DNA of 64,000 bases from Octopus vulgaris (GCA_951406725.2 OX597814.1:148614001-148678000), one strand, 5' to 3'. Shown: positions 22,828-38,684, counted from the stretch's first letter. A program made the numbers and translations. The notes: generated from the sequence alone by a model not told the origin.

Positions 22828-23235
22828 ACACACCGGGTGAAATGCTTAGCGTTAATTTGTCTGTCTTTACCTTCTGAGTTCAAATTCCGCCAATGTCGAC
22901 TTTGTCTTTCATCCTTTCGAGGTCGATAAATTAAGTACCAGTTACGCACTGGAGTCGTTGTAATCGACTTAATCCGTTTGTCTGTCCTAGCTTGTTCCCT
23001 CTATGTTTAGCCCCTTTTGGGCAATAAAGAAATAAGAAACGTTAGCACCCTGGGTGAAATGCTTAGCGTTATTTTGTGTCTTTACGTTCTGAGTTAAAAT
23101 TTCGTCGAGGTCGACTTTGCCTTTCATCCTTTCAGAGTCGAAAAATTTAGTACCAGTTGCGTACTGGGGTCGATCTAATTGACTGGCCGCCTCCCCAAAA
23201 CCTTCGGGCCTCGTGCCTTGAGTAGGAAAAATATT
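22828..23235 (+). mobile_element. Two tandem copies of an abundant tRNA-derived SINE
   Basis: gggtgaaatgcttagcg...ttctgagttcaaattcc...gtcgactttgcctttcatcctttc...gataaattaagtaccag at ~22835 and ~23052. Confidence 0.8.
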
Positions 23236-23427
23236 GGGTTTTGCTTGTTTAGCATTCACATTCGTTAGTCGTATTCATTGCATGTGAAACCTTTTCCATC
23301 TGGAGGACTGAAGTGCTTGATTTCCTCATTATTTTTATTGTAGGTGATGGTTACATTTCATAATACATGGTACGTTTCAGTATTGAGAAATTTATACGTT
23401 CTAATTTTCAATATATTTACGTCTAAT

Positions 23428-23630
23428 AGGGCATCGAGCTGGACAAATCATTAGCACTCCAGGCAAAATGCTTACCGGTGTTTCGTTTGACATAAACTTC
23501 TATCTTTAAATCTCGCAGGAGTCGAATTTGCATCTCATCATTTTCGTGTCGTTAAAATAAGTACCAGTTATAAACTTGTGTCAATAACAGTGACGTACCC
23601 ATCCCTTAAAATTGCTTACTTTTTGAAACC
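23428..23630 (+). mobile_element. Older copy of the same SINE
   Basis: gagctggacaaatcattagcactccaggcaaaatgctta...gtcgaatttgcatctcatc...aaataagtaccag. Confidence 0.65.
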
Positions 23631-24238
23631 AATATCTATAAGTCTACTTATTTGCCTCTTTTAATTAACAGACGTACGTACATAGTCACACAAGCTCATA
23701 CATATAGACACACTCAAACAAGCACACATAGACACATGAATTCATGCATACGTTCACATACACATACACACATACATGTATACAAACACATATGCACATG
23801 CACACATGCATATGTGCATAAACTAGCACACATGCACACAGGAAGACACACACATGCGTACAAACACACAAAAGGAATGCAGCTCCGATAACGGACATAT
23901 TCAACATCCACTGGCAAGATAGAAAAGTAACGAATATTTTGGAAAAATATATAAATAATAAATGAGTGGAAACTGAAGCGGTGAGACAGTCAGATATTAG
24001 AGCATTAGGGCAGTATGACTCTCCCCAGCCCCCAAAAATTTGCTTCAACAAACGAATTCACTTCAAGGCTCTATCAAGCCAGATATAAAACTTCGATATC
24101 TGACTAACTGTACACTGGGCACCGGTTCAGACAATGCCAATTTGATGAAGGTAGTGAGATCAAGGACGGCACATATATTTGAAAACTATAAACGGCAAAG
24201 GTAAACGCCCATATGTCGTTTTCGACGGGAGAGTCCAT

Positions 24239-24312
<74 letters not shown>

Positions 24313-24731
24313 GGTGTGGGTGTGGTGTATGTGTGTGTCTGTGTGTGTGTGTGAGTGTGTATGTGTGTGCGTGTGTGTGTATATGTGTCTGTGTACGTCA
24401 TTTTTCCACTGATGCTATATTTATGTATATATATATATATATATATATACATAAATGTAAACTAAAGTTTGTTAAGTTTTATTCGAAACGGTTGTAAGTG
24501 AAGATGATCAATTTCATGTTAATATTAAACGATTATCAACTTCATAATCTCCATTTTCTTTTCTTCATTTAAATGAATATAAACTATATTTTTAAATATA
24601 CCTATTATTTTAAGTTAATATATTCACCGGAATTAAAAATAATAGGTATTGAACGAGTATTTTCTTCGATGAAACTATCCCTTCATGAGGTCTTAAACGA
24701 CTTCTAATTAATATATATATATATGTACATT

Positions 24732-24800
<69 letters not shown>

Positions 24801-24829
24801 GTACATACATATATACCTATGTGTGTGTG

Positions 24830-25310
24830 TAAGGAAAATAAGTCAAAATAGAAGATACTAACAAACTTTTATCATGAAAAACAGTTCAGTACCGGTTTCA
24901 GTCATTGAGATGTTTTCAACTCTAAGTATGGAAAACAATTAAATAGTATAAAAGTTAAGTGAAAAGGTTTTTTTATATACTTCCATAGTATTCAAATAAA
25001 AGGGGCATTTTCCTTGTTTCTGCCTATCTCTGTCTCTCTTGTTTCTCTTGTGGGTGTGAGGTAGTTATAACTACATTACACCCACAATCGAAAAAGAGAG
25101 ACACAGATAAGTAGAAACAAAGAAAATTCCCCTTTTATTTGAATACTAAGGAAATATTTTCTTTAAAACATTTTTTATATAACTTTTTCACAATTTAATT
25201 GTTTTCAATGCATAGAGTTGAAAAAGACTCAGTGACTGAAACCGGTACTGAAATGTTTTTCATGATAAAATTATTTTAGCATTTTCTACCTTGAATTACT
25301 TTCCTTATAT
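24830..25310. mobile_element. Diverged fold-back pLTR-like element with degenerate hammerhead in each arm
   Basis: 24830-25060 is an imperfect reverse complement of 25075-25310; agttgaaaa-agac...gact-gaaa-ccgg-ta at ~25216-25248, mirrored at ~24888-24921. Confidence 0.65.
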
Positions 25311-25386
25311 ATATATCAACACGTGCGTTCGTTTTCAACCATCTACACACACACACATATATACATATATAGGTATTTATATATGT

Positions 25387-25477
<91 letters not shown>

Positions 25478-27263
25478 TAAAATTATAAATTAAGATATCT
25501 ATGAGATACCACCATGCTGAAAATAGCAGCCATAATCTGACGTTAAAGGCACCTAAATTGTCCGTATATCAACACGGAGAGAAAACAAAGAGACAAGATG
25601 AAACTAGTAAAAAATTACTGGATAATTCTGGATCCGGCTATCTGGCTTTGCATTTATGAATGCTTTGGCTCGTCAGCAGAATACACACAGAAAATAAACA
25701 TAAATACATATATATATAAATGCAACATGCGAATCATTATATATAAGAACATGTACCTACATATATATGCACGTATGCATCAATGCCAGTTCAAAAGGCC
25801 CGTCGCTTAATTCCATGTGAGCTATGGTCAAAATATCGCCGCAGTAAATACAGTTACGGAATAAATTAAAATGTATATAAATAAGGATATGATCGTTAAT
25901 TTATAAATAAAATAACGATTTTATCAAGTGGTCAGCATGGAAAGCTGCGGGCATTTTGAACTGGCCATGATGCATACGTACATATATATGTAGGTATAAG
26001 TTCGTATATGTAAGGATTCGTATGTTATATTTATATATATATATATTTATGTTAATCTTCTGTGTGTTTTCTACTGACGAGGCAAAGCATTCATAAATGC
26101 AATGTCAGAAATGCGGATCTAGAATTATCCAGTAATTTTTTTACTAGTTTCATCTTGTCTCTTTGTTTTCTCTCCGTGGTTTTAGGTGGTTTTGAAATCA
26201 GAACATGGCTGCTATCTTCAGCATGGCGGTATCACGTAGATTCCATAATTTATAATTTTAATAATTATCAACTCTGAAGGTTATTTTTTCCATGCTGACC
26301 ACTTGATGATATCGTTATTTTATTTTTAAAATAACAATCTTATCCTTATTTATATAAATTTATATATATATATATATATATATATAAATTTATATAAATA
26401 AGGATAAGATTGTTATTTTAAAAATAAAATAACGATATCATCAAGTGGTCAGCATGGAAAAAATAACCTTCAGAGTTGATAATTATTAAAATTATAAATT
26501 ATGGAATCTACGTGATACCGCCATGCTGAAGATAGCAGCCATGTTCTGATTTCAAAACCACCTAAAACCACGGAGAGAAAACAAAGAGACAAGATGAAAC
26601 TAGTAAAAAAATTACTGGATAATTCTAGATCCGCATGACATTGCATTTATGAATGCTTTGCCTCGTCAGTAGAAAACACACAGAAGATTAACATAAATAT
26701 ATATATATATAAATATAACATACGAATCCTTACATATACGAACTTATACCTACATATATATGTACGTATGCATCATGGCCAGTTCAAAATGCCCGCAGCT
26801 TTCCATGCTGACCACTTGATAAAATCGTTATTTTATTTATAAATTAACGATCATATCCTTATTTATATACATTTTAATTTATTCCGTAACTGTATTTACT
26901 GCGGCGATATTTTGACCATAGCTCACATGGAATTAAGCGACGGGCCTTTTGAACTGGCATTGATGCATACGTGCATATATATGTAGGTACATGTTCTTAT
27001 ATATAATGATTCGCATGTTGCATTTATATATATATGTATTTATGTTTATTTTCTGTGTGTATTCTGCTGACGAGCCAAAGCATTCATAAATGCAAAGCCA
27101 GATAGCCGGATCCAGAATTATCCAGTAATTTTTTACTAGTTTCATCTTGTCTCTTTGTTTTCTCTCCGTGTTGATATACGGACAATTTAGGTGCCTTTAA
27201 CGTCAGATTATGGCTGCTATTTTCAGCATGGTGGTATCTCATAGATATCTTAATTTATAATTT

Positions 27264-27344
<81 letters not shown>

Positions 27345-27812
27345 ACATATATAAATACCTATATATGTATATATGTGTGTGTGTGTAGATGGTTGAAAAC
27401 GAACGCACGTGTTGATATATATATAAGGAAAGTAATTCAAGGTAGAAAATGCTAAAATAATTTTATCATGAAAAACATTTCAGTACCGGTTTCAGTCACT
27501 GAGTCTTTTTCAACTCTATGCATTGAAAACAATTAAATTGTGAAAAAGTTATATAAAAAATGTTTTAAAGAAAATATTTCCTTAGTATTCAAATAAAGGG
27601 GAATTTTCTTTGTTTCTACTTATCTGTGTCTCTCTTTTTCGATTGTGGGTGTAATGTAGTTATAACTACCTCACACCCACAAGAGAAACAAGAGAGACAG
27701 AGATAGGCAGAAACAAGGAAAATGCCCCTTTTATTTGAATACTATGGAAGTATATAAAAAAACCTTTTCACTTAACTTTTATACTATTTAATTGTTTTCC
27801 ATACTTAGAGTT
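24918..27812. repeat. ~2.9-kb near-perfect palindrome centred on (TA)n at ~26372
   Basis: Identical ORFs on opposite strands (25598-25810+ and 26933-27145-); ends aactctaagtatgg (24918) and ccatacttagagtt (27812). Confidence 0.93.
26069..26124 (+). ncRNA. Hammerhead ribozyme (slightly degenerate); paralogues at 25626-25681(-), 27062-27117(+), ~26623-26674(-)
   Basis: Stem I ttcta/tagaa, CUGACGA, stem II ggca/tgtc extended by gcatt/aatgc, GAAA, near-palindromic tgcgga, AUC site. Confidence 0.68.
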
Positions 27813-27864
27813 ATATATATATATATATATATTTAAAAAAGGAGATGTGGAACACGAGTTGTGA

Positions 27865-28183
27865 TATATAAAAAAAGGAAATGAAGAAAATGCTGACAAA
27901 ATAATTTAAGTAAGGGAGAGTGTATTTAATTAGGTGGTGAAAGTTCTTTTACCGGTTGCGCATTTGTTATGCTTATCAAAAGATATTTTGAGTGATATAG
28001 AGTTTTTCTGATTGATTTTTTTCTCTTATCAGATAAGAGAAAAAATCAATCAGAAAGGAACTCTATCTCACTCAAAATATCTTTTGATAAGCATAACAAA
28101 TGCGCAACCGGTAAAAAGAACTTTCACCTAATTAAATACACTCTCCCTTACTTAAATTATTTTGTCAGCATTTTCTTCATTTC

Positions 28184-28190
<7 letters not shown>
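27865..28190. mobile_element. Fold-back pLTR-like element, ~160-bp arms with 1-nt loop at 28031
   Basis: ttctcttatc-a-gataagagaa centre; degenerate hammerhead ttgataa-gcat...atgc-gcaa-ccgg-ta at 28084-28113 and its mirror. Confidence 0.75.
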
Positions 28191-28267
<77 letters not shown>

Positions 28268-28483
28268 TATATATGTATATATGTATATATAAGCATATAT
28301 GTATATATATATATGTATGTATGTATATATCTATATATGTATGTATATATATATGTATATATATAAATATATATATGTATGTATATATCTGTATAAGTAT
28401 GTATATATATGTATATATATATATATATATATATAAATATATATATATGTATGTATATATCTGTAGATGTATGTATATATATG

Positions 28484-28514
<31 letters not shown>

Positions 28515-28554
28515 ATATCTGTATATGTATATATCTGTATATGTATATATATGC

Positions 28555-28622
<68 letters not shown>

Positions 28623-28635
28623 ATATCTGTATATG

Positions 28636-28680
<45 letters not shown>

Positions 28681-28789
28681 ATGTATATATGTACACAAAA
28701 GCACACACACTTATAAAGACAGGGGGTAGGAAATTAGGGATGTGAACGATTAAAATATCACGCATTATATATCAATGTTCATTGAGACA

Positions 28790-29270
28790 AAAAGCGTTCG
28801 TCTTGATTCGATCATTGAAGCAGTTAGCTTCCGAAATTAGCATCCAATTGGTTGAGCAGTCTGCAGATGCGCATACTCTTAACGTAGTTTTGTGGGAGAT
28901 TCAGCGTAACACAGAATGGGACAAAGATGGCTCTCTCAATAGCAGGCACGACTCATTTCCTTTTCAGCTGAGGGGTCTTTTCAGCAACGAGAAATATCAC
29001 ATTTTATTCACGGACACAGTGCGCCAACGGGAATCAAACTCATTGGCTTAGAATTACTAACCACTATGTGATGCTCCTTAACACACTGTTCTTTTATTCA
29101 TTACTTGTTTCCGTTATTTGACTGCAGCCATGCTGTAGCGCCGCCTTGGAGTGTTTTATTCAAAAACATTTACACTAGCCTATTACTTATTTTGTCGAAC
29201 TTTTTGGCCGAAGCGCTAAGTTACAGGGACATAAGTACATGAACAGCGGTTGTCAATCGGTGATGGGATG
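28790..29270 (-). mobile_element. Two decayed SINE copies
   Basis: gggaatcaaactc (reverse B box) at ~29028; ttgactgcagccatgctgtagcgccgcc...gccgaagcgctaagttacagggac is shared with the copies at 33720-35025. Confidence 0.55.
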
Positions 29271-29337
29271 ATAAAAGCAACGCAAACATACACACATATA
29301 TATATATATATATATATACGCATATATGCGTGTGTGT

Positions 29338-29422
<85 letters not shown>

Positions 29423-29439
29423 TATGTATGTATACATAT

Positions 29440-29478
<39 letters not shown>

Positions 29479-30527
29479 ACCCACTCCAGCGTTTTATTAA
29501 GATTACTATTTATGATATGTAAATATAATGAAACAAATATTAATCACAAAAGCAATCGGGTTATCTAATCAAAATTTTTAAATTTATAACTACAAATCGA
29601 TATATTATCCACAATAAAGTAATAAATGTCCTTATCTAAACTTTATAATATGGTAACATCAAATGAACATAAAAATAAAAAGCAAATATTTCGTTTAAAA
29701 ATAGCATTCTAGAAGTAAAATAGTAGAACGTCAAAAGAGAAAGAGTAAAACAGTGAAAGGAGAGGAGAGAACATAGTAATACAGTGAAGGAGAGGCGGAG
29801 AGTGTAATAGCCATGACTGAAAGAATGAGATAGAGTAATGACCGTTTATGAATGAAGAACACGGATTGTATCTTCGGTTCTCAACATATGAATGAGGAAG
29901 GAAGGGGCGAATAAAGTAAATGACCATTCAACACTTTGTAAGTGCATATGTATACGTGTGTGTACCAAAAAGGGAGGTATGTGAATATTTGTATGTGCGT
30001 GTCTGTGTGAATGTGTGTGTGAATGTGTGAGTGTGTGCGTGCGCAATGGAAATGTACATCTCTGAAGATAAAAACTGAAATCATTTCAATGTTGTTTGAG
30101 TATGTGTATGTATGTGAGTAATTCGGAAATATGCGAAAGATTGTATCGCTGATTGTTCTCTTCTTCATATTGTAGCTTGTTTAAATAACAATTATCCATC
30201 AATTATAACCAGCACGGGGTGGCCTAATAAATAAATATAGCAATGAAAAGTAAGATTATTAAAAAATTAAATGTAAAAAATCCACCGTCTCACAAACACA
30301 GATGCACACAAATCTAAAATATTAAACAATTTTTTTTAAATTTTTAAAAAGTAAATTCTTTTTTCAAATTTTTAAAAATTAAAAAAACAAACAAACGTGG
30401 GGAAGCAACTAGAATAGTACAAACAAAAGGGTGAACCGAAATTATCAAACTCTTAAAAAACACTAAATCATCTAATAAAACACCTATAAAAGACAACCTT
30501 AATTAAAATTTTTAAACACGCATTTAT

Positions 30528-30830
30528 TTATATGAACACAGAAAAATCCCTTTCAGAGTTTAGCTGCCTTCTTCTAGAAAATAGAATCAAAAATAATTCC
30601 TCAGAACAAAGAGAGCAGAACCTATTATCAATTCTAAAAGCCGGGGCCGTCGATAAATTTCTCCATTCAATAAAGTACATTTTATTATTATCTTTATGAT
30701 TCCAGATGAAATTACTAAGACTGGTAGATGAAGCCCTATTTCTGTTCCTAAAGGAATAGTAATGATTCGAAACACTTTTCTTAAAATAATTAGCAGAAGA
30801 ACTAATGTAAAAGTAATCATTACCTTCAGA
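30528..30830 (-). pseudogene. Penelope-like element GIY-YIG endonuclease C-terminal remnant
   Basis: FYISSS..FKK...NHYYSF.....TSLSNFIW.....IEWR....A......CSLCSEE..LI.....LN matches the PLE endonuclease pattern YIG..FK.R..NH..SF..T.LS..IW..I.W..C.LC..EK..LN. Confidence 0.8.
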
Positions 30831-33719
30831 AATAACTTTAGGAAACAAAGCAATGAATATATTCATGTTATCCCTAGAGAAAACGGAAAACATTTAAATG
30901 TATGCCACAAGTTAAATCTAAACCTTATTTAAAAAGAGAAGAAATTACAATTAATCTATTTTTCCATCAATCCCTGATACCCTTTCAGAATTATCCCTGT
31001 TCAGGACTATTTCTGTTTCTCCCTCTTAACTTGGTTTCCTCCTTCCTCAAAGTTACTCCAAATCATTTCAACCTTTAATATCAGTTAACAATGCTTGTAT
31101 ACGATAGTACATTGCAATTTAGACCTTCTGCGTTTGTTCTGTCTCTTGCAAAATTCATTTCACTGATCGAACACAGTATAAATTATGAAAAAAAAAGTCA
31201 TCAGACGGGCGATGCCTACATTGCGCACACACAAACTCAAAATATAATTTAATTTAATAATCTCAAATTCATATTTGAAGAAACTTACAACAAGAGTTAT
31301 TTCTCCTGCTTATCGTTTATGCATATGTAGCAAAGGAAAAATAAATATTTTGATTCACCAAACCAAAATTTAATGAGTTAGGGCCACTCACTCAATGAGT
31401 ATTTCTGCCAAATCCTTTCAGCCATTATCCAGTGATTTTGTAAAGACACCTAGACAAAGAGGAGCGACTACAATACCCTGCTTTCGCTTGCACGCGCAGG
31501 GTAATGAAGATTTAAATTTTTGCGACTAAGATTAATATTCATTTTGTTTATCATATATATTTCTTTTGCCGAATTCATATAAGTATCCTAAACGTTCAAA
31601 GTGCTTCTGTTAAATTTTGTAATAGAATGTCTTCGCTTATATTCATGTAAATGTGCGCACTCCCTTCTCTTTAGCATGTCACAATTAATCTAATATACAG
31701 TCTATCATATTACAACTGTGTAGATCATTAGAACCCTATAGATAATTCATGTGCCTTTGGCAAATTGAGACCTAAGTATATTGGACATATACCTATAGCA
31801 TTAACATTATTTCGTATGCTAAGTCTATATTACTTTGGGTGTTGCATTACAAGTGCTGTCGGCATTTCAAATTAATGTAATGAAAGGGATAATAAATAAT
31901 TAGAAACTCTTAATTGCGCACAACAGAGAATAAGTGCAAATATATCATGCAGATTAGTGTAGGCGCCTAATTGGTGTATTTTACATTTTGGCGTCAGCAC
32001 CGCTATTTCTCTATAGCATCTGTTCAGGAAAACCAAAGCATTCTAATAAAGACGGTCACTTGGTAAACCACTGCAATCTAAACATTTGAAATGATTACTC
32101 AATATGTTATCATGAAAAACACATTTCCAAAAGTGAGTGAAGGAGTGTCTCTTGCATGACAGCCATTCATAGTGAGAGAGAAATACTAAAAAAATTGTTT
32201 AAAAGTGAATGCAGGTTTGAAACGAACTAAAACTCAGTCTTATTTTATTTCCATTTGGATAGGATACTATTTCGTTGTCCAAATGCATGGTTTAATGGGA
32301 AAGCATGACTTGATCGATTTGAATTTGAGTAAATTTGATGGCAAATAAATTCTCAAAGCATCTCACATAAAATAGGAGTCCCTGCGGTCGGTCCGAGTTA
32401 ATACGGTTTTATTCTTCGCTTTATAAATGTCTCTATAACCTGCACAATATTTGCTCAAAAACAAATTCTGCAGCACGAATAATGAATCAAACTACTTTGT
32501 TTCTCTCTTTTTTATTTATTCGTTCTGAATAAGAGATCTCACTTAGTTGAAACATTCCTGTCCTCAGTTCTTGAAATTGAATGAAAACTTTCGAAAGATA
32601 GCATGAACAAAATTAACTTGCTAAAGTAAAATAATGAAAATTTTTCTATATTCATCTTTTCTTTTTTTCTCATTTTGTGTGTGTGATTTGGCTCTTATAT
32701 TTAATAAGAAATAAATTTAATTTCCTAAATCTATAAGGTTTGAAGTAACAAAACTGCAAACAAAGCACATTTTATGATCTATCGAATTTCTAAGCAAATG
32801 AAAGAGTGGCCATAAATCTTAAATTACAGTTATTTAATTTTAGAGAGAAAAAAAAACTCTACCTGTATCATTTCTATCACACCTTAAGAAAGAAAATAAA
32901 CGCACGCTAGGCTATTAAATTATACAATGATCTGAAAAGAAATGAACCAGCAAAAAATATTACGTTGATATTTCAGTTATATAAAGCAAACAAAATCTCT
33001 TTAAAATATTTAATATTTGTTTCACTATTTCCTTACGTTCAATGATCATTCCTCACAAGTAATAGAAGAAAGACGGGAAGGTGGTCCGGCATAACACATA
33101 ACCACTTCAAACTAACATAGAAAGATTTGCTATCACTGATATAAATGTGCTTAAAGTCAGTAAATAGAAAATGAGTAAATGTATCCGATACAAAAATATT
33201 TAACATCTTATTCATAATGTACTGAATATTTAAAATCTAGTGTACCATCGAATAATAGATGTGAAGTACTTTAGCTAATGAGTTTCATAAGTATTTTAAC
33301 GAAATAATTTCGTGTTTAATTTGTCAACCATATCAGTAAGACTAATTTTCCAGTTTGGAAATATTCTACGTCTAAATATTCATATTACTACGTTTATTAT
33401 GCGAGATAAGTGAAATTTAAAATTACTACTAAGGATTAAGACTTCATATCTACTGGGCATATAAATGGAATTCAATTGCGTAAACACTCTTCATTTTGCC
33501 AAGAGCTTTAACACTTTATTACGAGTGATAGATTAAAAGTTGAAACTACGCTATGTGGAATACGTTTATTGATTATTCTATCTTTCTCTGTATGTGTCAC
33601 ACTCACACACACACTCTTTCTCTCTTACCCACTTGCACACACAGACACACACTCTCTCTATCTTTCTCTCTTACACACACATACACACACACACTCACAA
33701 TCACATACTCTCTAGATAT

Positions 33720-33937
33720 CTTTTATCTTAGTCATTGGACTGCGACCATGTTGGGGCTGCCTACAGATATCAAATCGAAGAAATCGAGGCATTACTCATT
33801 TTAGAGGCCTGATACTTATTATACTGGTTTGTTTTGTGTCGAATCGCTAAGTTACGGAACTTATGTAAATCAAAATCGATAATTAGGCAGTAATAGGAAA
33901 CAATCATAGACACAAAAAGACACATACACACATAGAT

Positions 33938-33983
<46 letters not shown>

Positions 33984-35025
33984 GGGGGGAGAACGAGAGA
34001 TGGAGAAAGAGAGAGAGAGAGAGGAACAACGAGCTACTTTCAGCATACAGCTACCAAATCGATTCACAAGACATGGGTCGCTGGACTGGGACCATGTTGG
34101 GGCGCCTTCAATCCTCAAGTCTATTATACTAGAAGTCACTAGCTGAATGTCTCAGGCCGTGGAACTAAATCTGAAGTCATGCGGTTGGTAAGTAAACTTC
34201 TTACAATGCAGTCATACCTACATGCATAATTATATGAATATATTCTTTCATTTCTTTCCGTCATTTGAGTGTGGCAATGCTGTAGCACCATCTTCGAGAT
34301 CTTTGCTCGAACCTCGGACTTACTTTTATAGCCTAGTTCTTACTCTATAAGTTTCTTTTGCCGAACGACTAAATTTTAGGGACGTGAACACACCAACAAC
34401 GTTGTCGAGCGATGATGATGAGACAAAACACAGAATAGACAAAAGCACACACACAGATACGCATACACACACACACACACATATATGTATACGAGTGGAT
34501 TATTTCAGTTTCCTGCTAACTCACAAGGCTTTGTCAGTTCGAGACTATAGAAGAAAACACTTACCCAAGATCCCAAACAGTAAGACTGAAACCGAAACCA
34601 TGTGGTTGGAAGGCAAACCACTCACGACACGGCCACGACTGCGCCTGTATATATATATATATATATAGTTCAAATTTACAAAAATACAAAAGACGAAGAC
34701 AGGTGTGTAAACAACAAACAGGTGTATTAGTTTAACAGTCGTGAAAGTGATGAAGTCTATTAAGTTTCGACCCTACGCTCTTCAACAGAAAGCAACACGA
34801 GAAAATAAACAGGATGTATAAAAAAATGGTTTAGTGGATAACGGTGGACCATGGCATAATCATCATGACTGCAACCATGCTGGAGCATCAGAGCACCGCC
34901 TTCAGTCGAATAGATCGACCCCAAGACTTATTCTTTGTAAGCCCAGTACTTATTCTTTCTTCCCTTTTGCCGAACCGCTAAGTTACTGGGACGTAAATAT
35001 ACCAATATCCGTTGTCAAGCAATAG
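33720..35025 (-). mobile_element. Cluster of decayed SINE copies
   Basis: Recurrent gactgc(g/a)(a/g)ccatgctggagca...gccgaaccgctaagtta at ~33735, 34265 and 34868, plus head fragments at ~34040-34210 and ~34500-34645. Confidence 0.6.
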
Positions 35026-35029
35026 TGGA

Positions 35030-36310
<1,281 letters not shown>

Positions 36311-38622
36311 AAGGATACCTCGTAGTACAAGTTTAATTTGTTCCTTGACCGAACTCGCCTTATGGTCTACTCGTTTTCAAAATCAATCTTCGCCATTGAA
36401 ATTAATGAAAATACATTCAATCCGTTCGAACCCACTAAAACCACCAAGAAATCATTTTATTGGTTTTAAAACGGAAAATGTGCCTTTACAGGGGAAATGA
36501 CAATAATAAAATTATAATGTAAGAGAGTGCAAAATAAATATGGAAACTGGTTTTATTAATTTAATTACTTTAAAGATGGGACGATTTGTGCACGAGGAAG
36601 GTGATGGGGCGGAGCGGTGCCGGATTATTATCTAGGTGATTCTCCTTCCTCTGAGACTTCAGGAAGAACAATTTCTGACGTTTTCTCTCTCACTTCGCTA
36701 AATTTAAGCTTTTTCAGTACAGTCTCTTCACTTTCCACAATTGCAGGCCATTTCCTTAGAAACAAGGAAAGTCTGCTTTGTCCTGCCTTTCAAAATGTTA
36801 CGAAAATGCTCCAGAGTTGTGTCATTAAATAAAGCAGTTGCACGACTTGTAGAATCTTTTTCAGGATGATATTTTTCAATGAATTCAGAAATATACTTTC
36901 ACTTTGCCAAAACAGCCTTCTCCGCTATGCTGTCCTTCTTCAGGTGCCAATCTCTTCCACAGAATCCGTCGTCAGCTCCTCTCAGTAATCCTGGACGAGA
37001 TCGTCAATGTACCCCATCGTGAACCTCAAGGCACATAGACTTGCCAAGATACACTATCTACGCCTGTACAGGTGTCTCAGACTGAAACCCCTCGAAGTCT
37101 CTTTTAGATACACAGTCAGACAGTTTCCACCATGCAGAATTCAGCGTTCTTCTCGTTACTCCCTGCCAGGTTACATCGATGACTTTAGGCAGTGAACCAA
37201 CTTGTAGTGCTCCTTCCAAATCTCACGAAGGGTTATATTTCTATTTTCGGTAACAAAGCAACAACGAAACAGGTGCTTTGTACACAAAAAATTAGAAATC
37301 ACTTGTTGGTCTACGGGCTGCAAGATACGGTGGTGTTGCGTGAAAGGTACAAAATTTAATGAATTTGAATTCGTCCTGCATATCATCTTCAAGGTTAGAA
37401 GGGTAATCAGGAGCATTGTCGAAAGATGAGGAGGGTCTTGAAAGGAAACTAATCCTCCAGAAGGTACTTTTTCACTGCTGTTTCGAAGACAAGGTTGACC
37501 CAGTTGATGAAGTATTAACTGATGACCTAGGATTTGGAAGTTTGTCTTCCACATGACCTGCAGTTTTCTCAGGATTTTGTGCGACTTCAATGCTCGTGTG
37601 GGGTTTCATGTAATGATAGACAAAGAGCGGTTTAATCTTCAACTCTGCATTCACATTGGCACAACGGATGAAAGTTCGCCTATCGTTCATAGGCTTGTGC
37701 CCTGGCATTTTCGTCTCCTCTGCAGTTACGGAGGTTCTTCCGGACATTTTTCCCAGAAATATGCCAGTTTCATCACACTTGAGTACCTGTTGTGCGATGT
37801 ATCTCTCGGCTGCGACGAGCTGACGGACTTCACGCACGAAATCCTCAGCTGACTCCTATAAGAACTCGCATTTTCTCTATACGTGACGGCACTATGAACA
37901 CCAGTCCTCTTCTTGAAATTATCGAACCAGCTGCGACTGGCCTTAAATGCCTTTGCTGATGTCTCTCCTTCCATATTCCAGGGTTCTGGTTCAGGGTTCT
38001 GCTTACAGCGCTCTTGCTTTCCAGCAGATTATGGCCTCTGTAATCGTACCCTCTGCGACTTGCTTCTCGCTGATCCGCAAGAGAAACAACTTTTCAATTG
38101 CTTTGTGGACAGATGCCCCATTGCTTGGAGAGCCTGGAAAAATCCTTTTCTGTTGTAACGGCCTAGATCTCGTCCTTTTTCTTCGGGATATTGCATATGC
38201 TCCGGTCGTACTGACGTGCTATGTCCACTACACGCACTCCTGTCACATGTTTATTGATAATTTCCTCTTTCAATTCTATAGTAATCAGCTTTTTATTCTT
38301 TTAGCACTGTCCTTTGCACGAACCTTCTGAGGGCTCATGGTTAACACAACTAATACTTATAGAATAATAGCAAAAAACGCACAAAACACTCGAAAAAATA
38401 CAACAGGTATGCTGCCATAACGAGGTGAGCTTGTGAACTGAGCGAGTTGAGGCTGCGCTTGTTAGGAGAGCATGTGCGAGCTCAGCGCTAACTAGCGGTC
38501 ACTTGTATAAAACTCGCTCGTACTGCGGATTTACACTCGTACTTCAAGGCAATAACTCGCACGAGATTCGGGTCGTACAGCAAATTGTTCGTAGAATGGT
38601 GCACTTGTAATGCGAATTCCTA

Positions 38623-38627
<5 letters not shown>
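36311..38627 (-). mobile_element. Tigger/pogo-family transposon, decayed transposase
   Basis: FKASRSWFDNFKKR (CENP-B HTH), QQVLKCDETG, MPGHKPMNDR and LQPVDQQVISNF in shifting frames; start ATG at ~38338; degenerate TIRs bounded by TA. Confidence 0.85.

Positions 38628-38684
<57 letters not shown>

Noticed and set aside
25598-27145. Identical 70-aa ORF on both strands as a duplicated gene
   Set aside because: A consequence of the palindrome; overlaps a hammerhead and has no protein features.
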